A stretch of DNA of 64,000 bases from Rhodosorus marinus CCMP1338 (Eukaryota; Plantae; Rhodophyta), in the NCBI GenBank assembly GCA_029953675.1, contig JAMWBK010000011.1, positions 1,054,001 through 1,118,000 of the forward strand. Reading direction: 5' to 3'. Made by a program: the position numbers and the translations under genes. How positions within the stretch are numbered: the stretch's first letter is position 1; the number at the start of each line of letters is the position of its first letter. Below, in pieces: positions 59,200 through 64,000 of the stretch. Under the pieces are notes generated by a model. The model saw nothing but the letters and a program-made list of their open reading frames with translations, searched no databases and was not told the origin of the DNA.

Positions 59200-60130
59200 A
59201 CTCGGAGCAGTCTCAAAGAGGTCCGAGGTCCTTTGCTTTGAAAGCAGAAAAAAATGTTGTTATTCGGAGACCTGGAAAAAAAAACAAAAAAATGGAGGGG
59301 GAAAAAGGGACCGATGAAGGCGAAAGATGGCGCTGAACAAATTTGCTAGCGTTGGTGGTCGTCTGCTGAATGAATTTGTTTAGTCGGATTGTGCGCGCCT
59401 CCAACACAAAGGCAGTGTTCCTACGCTACAGCGGGATACTCGAACTCGTACACAGCGAGGAGAGCAGGTCCGGGCGCTCACGGAACAATTCGCGAAGCCA
59501 ACGGGTACCAACGGAATCCGGGAAGCCAAAACACTCAAAAACCAAGGGTAGCAGGCGATGGGCCGAAGCCGAAGCTCTTAAGATATAGTTCCATCGTGCT
59601 TCGCTTCTTTGTCACGTCGCGTAGTGGTAACGGCAGCTCCCCGCCTATTCCCCGCCGCCGACAGATAACGGCTAGCCTTGGACTGGCACGGCAAGATCTA
59701 CATACTTCGATCGACGCCCAATCTTCACAGACGACAATGAGATCGGTGACAAGGCGCTCTACCTTCTAATAGCTTTCGTGGCCCGCGCTTTGTCCCACAC
59801 ACGATTGGGACAATATCAATTTTTTGTACGTGGCTCGAATACAATTGTGACAACTACTCGAAAACACAATTGCATTACTGTATATCTCGAACTGAAGGAA
59901 CTGGAGGATCGTGTGGTTCAGAACTTGACTCCCTTCCTCAAGTAGAGATACACTCCTGAGTTTTTTTTTGACGGTCTTGGCGGAGGCTGGTTGAGAAATT
60001 TTGGAATCATTGAGCGCCATGGGCGTTGGCCTCGAAAACTTAAAACTATTGCAATGATCGAGCGCCTGAAAATACGTTTTACGGGGGTCCATCAGAGCTG
60101 TGGTAGTCAAATTGGTGGCTTTTAGTTCCA
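59200..60130 (+). mobile_element. Degenerate LINE (non-LTR) reverse-transcriptase fragment
   Basis: Ordered remnants: VRALTEQFA; LLRYSSIVLRFFV..GNG..P; RRPIF...DKALYLLIA...LGQYQFFVRGS; ITVYLELKELEDRV (V.LDL.KAFD.V); GWLRNF; TGVHQSC (GVPQG). Stops and frameshifts are present. Confidence 0.6.
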
Positions 60131-60445
60131 AATGATTTGTCGCGGATGAAGGTACCTGGAATGGGGGACGGTTCCTATTCGCTATTAGTTCGTTTGAAGC
60201 TGGTTCTTGCATCATGTTTCATTGTACGCAGTGCAGATAGCCTTGCTTCTCTTAAATAAAAATCTGCACAACGTAGGCTCGTCTACATCTACATTACGGC
60301 AGTAAAAATACATTATTATTGAGTTCCGGTAGCGTCAACTAGTACACCAGTTTTTCCAGTAAGAAAAAAGTATCTCCAGGTTCTGTTACAATTCGTGCCT
60401 TCGTATGCCGACACCTCAACTGCCTGCAGTTACCCCCTCCGGTTG

Positions 60446-63406
60446 TCACAGCTCAGGATCTGTTGCTCGGATACCAGCCACTAGATGCAAACTGCAAAAG
60501 TCCAAGTAACAGCTTCCCTTGCCACTCGGGGAAACTGTCAGGCTGAAAGAATTCCTTCTGGTTTCAAAAATGATGTCCTTGAAAACCCACTGCCGTCCAC
60601 CTCTCACGGCCGCGAGCTTCACCGGGCCAAACTCATTCTTGGACACCAGGACATCCGCATGTGACACTTTCATCACGAAGGGAAACGCCTTTGTTGCGTA
60701 ACATCGAAACCTGTACATCGTTCTACCCTGTAAGTAGATTCGCTGTGTTGCTTCCGCCCCCCCACGCAGCTCCAAACCGCGCCTGCCCTCTAGGAAGATG
60801 TCTTCACGATACTTGTACGATCCAGAAATCTTCCATCTGAACGGAGAAATATCCTCAAAGCCTGGATTGATAATGAGCTGAGGCCCGCCTTGGCTCAAAT
60901 ACGGTGACGGATTCCATACCTCTTGAGCTGGCGGTTGCGTCAATATCGACGATCCAACGTATCGAGGTAGACTACCCGATGGATACAAAGTGCACGTGTC
61001 CACGTACGTTGGGCCGGTCAAACCACCAAGGTCGTCCCTGTATACAGCCGCAGTGTAGAATCCAGTCTCACGCACACGATAATCCAACTCAAGTGACTCC
61101 CAGTTGGGACTCGGAATCGGGAGGAGCTTGGCCTCGTTGTGAGCAAATACGACGGACTCGGATTCTATCGCGAGATGCACGGGCCCAGTAACTGCGCAGT
61201 GAAATCGATACAAGACCCCCGCTTTCAGGTAGACCCGCTGTCTGGCTGCTGCAGTGCGGATTCCGAGCTGCAGGCCGCGGTATCCTCGATGGGCCGCGGC
61301 TGGCAATAGGTAACATCCGGCGCTCAGCTCCCAGAGCTGCTTCGTGTTTTCTTCAAAACTTGGATCCTTGATAACTTGTTGCGTCAGTGGGATCGGTCTC
61401 TCCCATCGCGTCAGAGCAGGGGTTCGATTTGAGCACCGAACGGGTGTCGATCTTCCCGGCAAAAGGCAACACGCGCCATTAGTACATCTCTCGACCTCCA
61501 GGGTGATTGTACTAAGGAATCCACCGCTGTCCGGGTACTGAACGGCAACCTGGGGACTTTTCTCGAGGTTGAGCTGTGCGAGTTCATATGGAACAATGAT
61601 GACTCCAAAGTAGGAGCTGCTGTACGTGCGCTTCGGTCCAGCCAAATTGTGGTTCCGAACGGGTACAGAGACGCCGTTGATCCACACCTTGGGGGCTTGG
61701 GCTCTCCTTAAAGTCCTGGAGTGAGCGATTCGAACGTACACCATTCCCAAACGAGACTTTGGTACGTTGTTGAAGAAGACGTTGATCGTTTCTCCCTCCT
61801 TGATCGGCACTGGAAACTCCACCTCGTTCTTCGCTTCGTCCTGAATGCTTTCCATCATATGCCTCGAGCGCAACACCTTTCTCACGTTTACCAGCGGCTT
61901 TGCAAACGTGAGTTCGAGCACAGTCATGGCGCGCGGAAACACCAAAACACTGGACGGCATCGTGTCCAGTGTCCGGTTTGTCCAGCGCATGTCCCCACCC
62001 CGTAGAAGATTCTGTTGCATCTCCTGGCCGGTTCGGTGCTTCCGCAGCAGCCAAATCTTCCGCTCAACGACTTTTAGGACCGGCGCTAAGCCGGTTGGAA
62101 ATCTCAAGTCGACAGTTTCGGCGTTTTTCCTGCTGAGATTCTGTAACATGATGTAACCCTTGTCTCGATTGGCGACAGCGTGCACGGCCAGGTTGGGCGT
62201 GTTGGAGTAGGAGTACACGAAGTCGCCCTCGATGCCTTTCAAGAGCTCAAAGTACTTCACCAAAGGCGTCCATTTTTGCTTCCTGTCTTTGCCGCCCTCA
62301 GTCAATGCCCACGGATACCTGTTCCAGTGGTTACACCTGCGATCGTTTGGGTCGAGGATCAGAAACGGAATGATCTTGAGGACGCTATCGTGGATTCTTA
62401 GCGTGCTCATGAACGCGCTGAAAGCCTCTGAAAGGATAAAAAAGTCGCGACTATTCAGGGGTTTGGCAGATATATAGTGCTCCTTGTTGTACCACCGGGT
62501 GTCATAGCCCCCAGATTCTGTAATCATATACTTGAACGGAGCAGATCGGTTGGCGTGGTAGAAGTAGTTCTCCAGAAGGTCCAGGTTGGCGTCTTGAACC
62601 GCCCCACCGGTGTTGTAAACATGCTCGGAGAAGAAGCTCAGACATCCTGCTTTCAAAGCGTTGTCGATGAAGTTCTTCGTGCGCACGCGCCAGCGGTCAA
62701 AGTCATCCTGATCTGGTCTTGCCGTCGCCGCAGCTGGACCTCCAACCATGAAAAAATTATCTTTCGATGTCACGCTCGCACAGAATCGACCAGTAATCTC
62801 GCCAAGTCTCGCTACCACGCTCTCTTGCTTCTCATTGGGGAGCTTGAAGTCCCTAGACCTTGTAAACGGCTCGTTGAAAGTCTCGATGTACTTTGGCGGA
62901 GGATACCCTTCCTCCGCGTTGAAAAAGTATTCAAGAAACTTCGGAACCCATTTTGCCGCAGCCTCAATTCGGCTTGGTGGATCATAGAACTTTTCAATCA
63001 CATCGGCCTTGTCGACTGCTACTCGATCAGAGCTAAGAAACCGTTTCTCCAACGGATCGCACAATCTACAGGTTGTCCTTTTAGCAAATAATATCCCGTC
63101 TTCAACTGCAGAATCCATTCGGTTCGGGAAGTTGTCAGACGCGCCGAACGCGCCCTCACCGGCTGACCGACCAAACTGCACCCCCAGGTCATCCATTACG
63201 TATTCCATCATCTCCCGAGCGTTCGCTGGAGAACCGCTATTCCCATGGGCTTGGACAAACCGTGCACGGCTAAAATCCCGCTTTTCGTTCGTGACCAACG
63301 TCGCCCAAAAGTCGACCGTCACCGTCGCCCCCATGGCTCCGGAACTCAGAACCAACACCGCGGTGAGGACACCCACCAGAGCTCCCACACAGTTCCTTGG
63401 TTTCAT
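60446..63406 (-). CDS. Gene 8: secreted GH86-like hydrolase with one A-B module pair, 986 aa
   Basis: ATG, long signal peptide, TFNEP and [16 protein letters not shown], Cys linker, modules A and B, ending ATDPEL like genes 1 and 2. Confidence 0.9.
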   Translation of the reverse strand: MKPRNCVGALVGVLTAVLVLSSGAMGATVTVDFWATLVTNEKRDFSRARFVQAHGNSGSPANAREMMEYVMDDLGVQFGRSAGEGAFGASDNFPNRMDSAVEDGILFAKRTTCRLCDPLEKRFLSSDRVAVDKADVIEKFYDPPSRIEAAAKWVPKFLEYFFNAEEGYPPPKYIETFNEPFTRSRDFKLPNEKQESVVARLGEITGRFCASVTSKDNFFMVGGPAAATARPDQDDFDRWRVRTKNFIDNALKAGCLSFFSEHVYNTGGAVQDANLDLLENYFYHANRSAPFKYMITESGGYDTRWYNKEHYISAKPLNSRDFFILSEAFSAFMSTLRIHDSVLKIIPFLILDPNDRRCNHWNRYPWALTEGGKDRKQKWTPLVKYFELLKGIEGDFVYSYSNTPNLAVHAVANRDKGYIMLQNLSRKNAETVDLRFPTGLAPVLKVVERKIWLLRKHRTGQEMQQNLLRGGDMRWTNRTLDTMPSSVLVFPRAMTVLELTFAKPLVNVRKVLRSRHMMESIQDEAKNEVEFPVPIKEGETINVFFNNVPKSRLGMVYVRIAHSRTLRRAQAPKVWINGVSVPVRNHNLAGPKRTYSSSYFGVIIVPYELAQLNLEKSPQVAVQYPDSGGFLSTITLEVERCTNGACCLLPGRSTPVRCSNRTPALTRWERPIPLTQQVIKDPSFEENTKQLWELSAGCYLLPAAAHRGYRGLQLGIRTAAARQRVYLKAGVLYRFHCAVTGPVHLAIESESVVFAHNEAKLLPIPSPNWESLELDYRVRETGFYTAAVYRDDLGGLTGPTYVDTCTLYPSGSLPRYVGSSILTQPPAQEVWNPSPYLSQGGPQLIINPGFEDISPFRWKISGSYKYREDIFLEGRRGLELRGGAEATQRIYLQGRTMYRFRCYATKAFPFVMKVSHADVLVSKNEFGPVKLAAVRGGRQWVFKDIIFETRRNSFSLTVSPSGKGSCYLDFCSLHLVAGIRATDPEL

Positions 63407-64000
63407 TTTTTTTTACCACTTCGAAGCCTTCCGAAAACTTCACCCTCGCCAAAGATAAAAAGTCATGCCATCCATTGCTCCAAACCCATAAACCAATCCG
63501 GCCAGCTATGAAAAAAAAAAACACCTCCAAAACTCGAAGAGGAAAAAAATCCCGCAAAAGCTCTTCTACACACGAACCTTGACAGGTCCACCCCCAACCT
63601 CCTATTACCATCCTATCCTTCTGCCTCCTCTCCCCCACCAAACCCGTATCCCCAACTACTCAAATCCATGCATTATATACCCTCACGACCATACCAGATC
63701 CAAACTGCCAAAAATGACATAAACTCATCCACAACCAAACACCAACTCACCACACACCCCCCCTCCCCCAAACCCTCAAGAGGAAAAAGCGCTCCAACCC
63801 CAATCCGCATTAAGCAAACATTTGCTATTCACAATATGAGAGTCAAACACCACTACCCCCGCCCACCCAAACCCCCCTACAATCCCGGCGAACGCTCTAT
63901 GAAACTCAAACCCACATCATTGACAATGTGTTTTTATATGCGACAGACTGGTTATTGGATAGGGAACCTTCCCCAAGACTCTCTCTCCTACTTTGTATAA

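Noticed and set aside
59630-59670. LPAYSP, resembling the IS630/Tc1 LPxYSP motif
   Set aside because: Isolated 6-aa match inside the LINE relic, with no other DDE residues.
59766-60215. 149-aa minus-strand ORF with hAT-like ALMDPRK
   Set aside because: It is antisense to a more complete, ordered set of LINE RT motifs on +.
1415-63406. Bacterial polysaccharide-utilisation locus interpretation
   Set aside because: No SusC/D, sulfatases, regulators or operon-like spacing; the spacers are kilobases of TE relics and the proteins show eukaryotic secretory features.

Overview
This looks like eukaryotic genomic DNA. Evidence: 3-5 kb spacers full of homopolymer runs and decayed transposons, an intron-type tRNA relic with a Pol III T-run, AATAAA signals, secreted Cys-rich proteins and a conserved N-glycosylation sequon. 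An alga, possibly a red alga, is only an inference. The window is a tandem array of eight intronless, same-strand (minus) paralogues. Each encodes a signal peptide, a clan GH-A catalytic domain (NEP acid/base, xTE/SE nucleophile) and beta-sandwich domains. By eye this core matches GH86 beta-porphyranase/agarase enzymes of the BpGH86A type. The core is followed by a Cys-rich linker and a tail of strictly alternating ~150-aa CBM4/9-like modules (A and B). The number of AB pairs, left to right, is 6, 3 (plus a ~436-aa PEPT stalk and a distinct terminal module), 1, 1, 1, A only, A only, 1. Genes 6 and 7 lie in a recent ~6-kb tandem segmental duplication and share a frameshift that cut off module B, whose relic is still readable downstream. 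The spacers hold degenerate LINE, Ty3/gypsy, RLE-type non-LTR and probably pogo-like fragments, a tRNA pseudogene, a G-quadruplex-prone run and short tandem repeats. No CRISPR array, rRNA or intact mobile element was seen. All family assignments are motif recognition by eye, not database searches.
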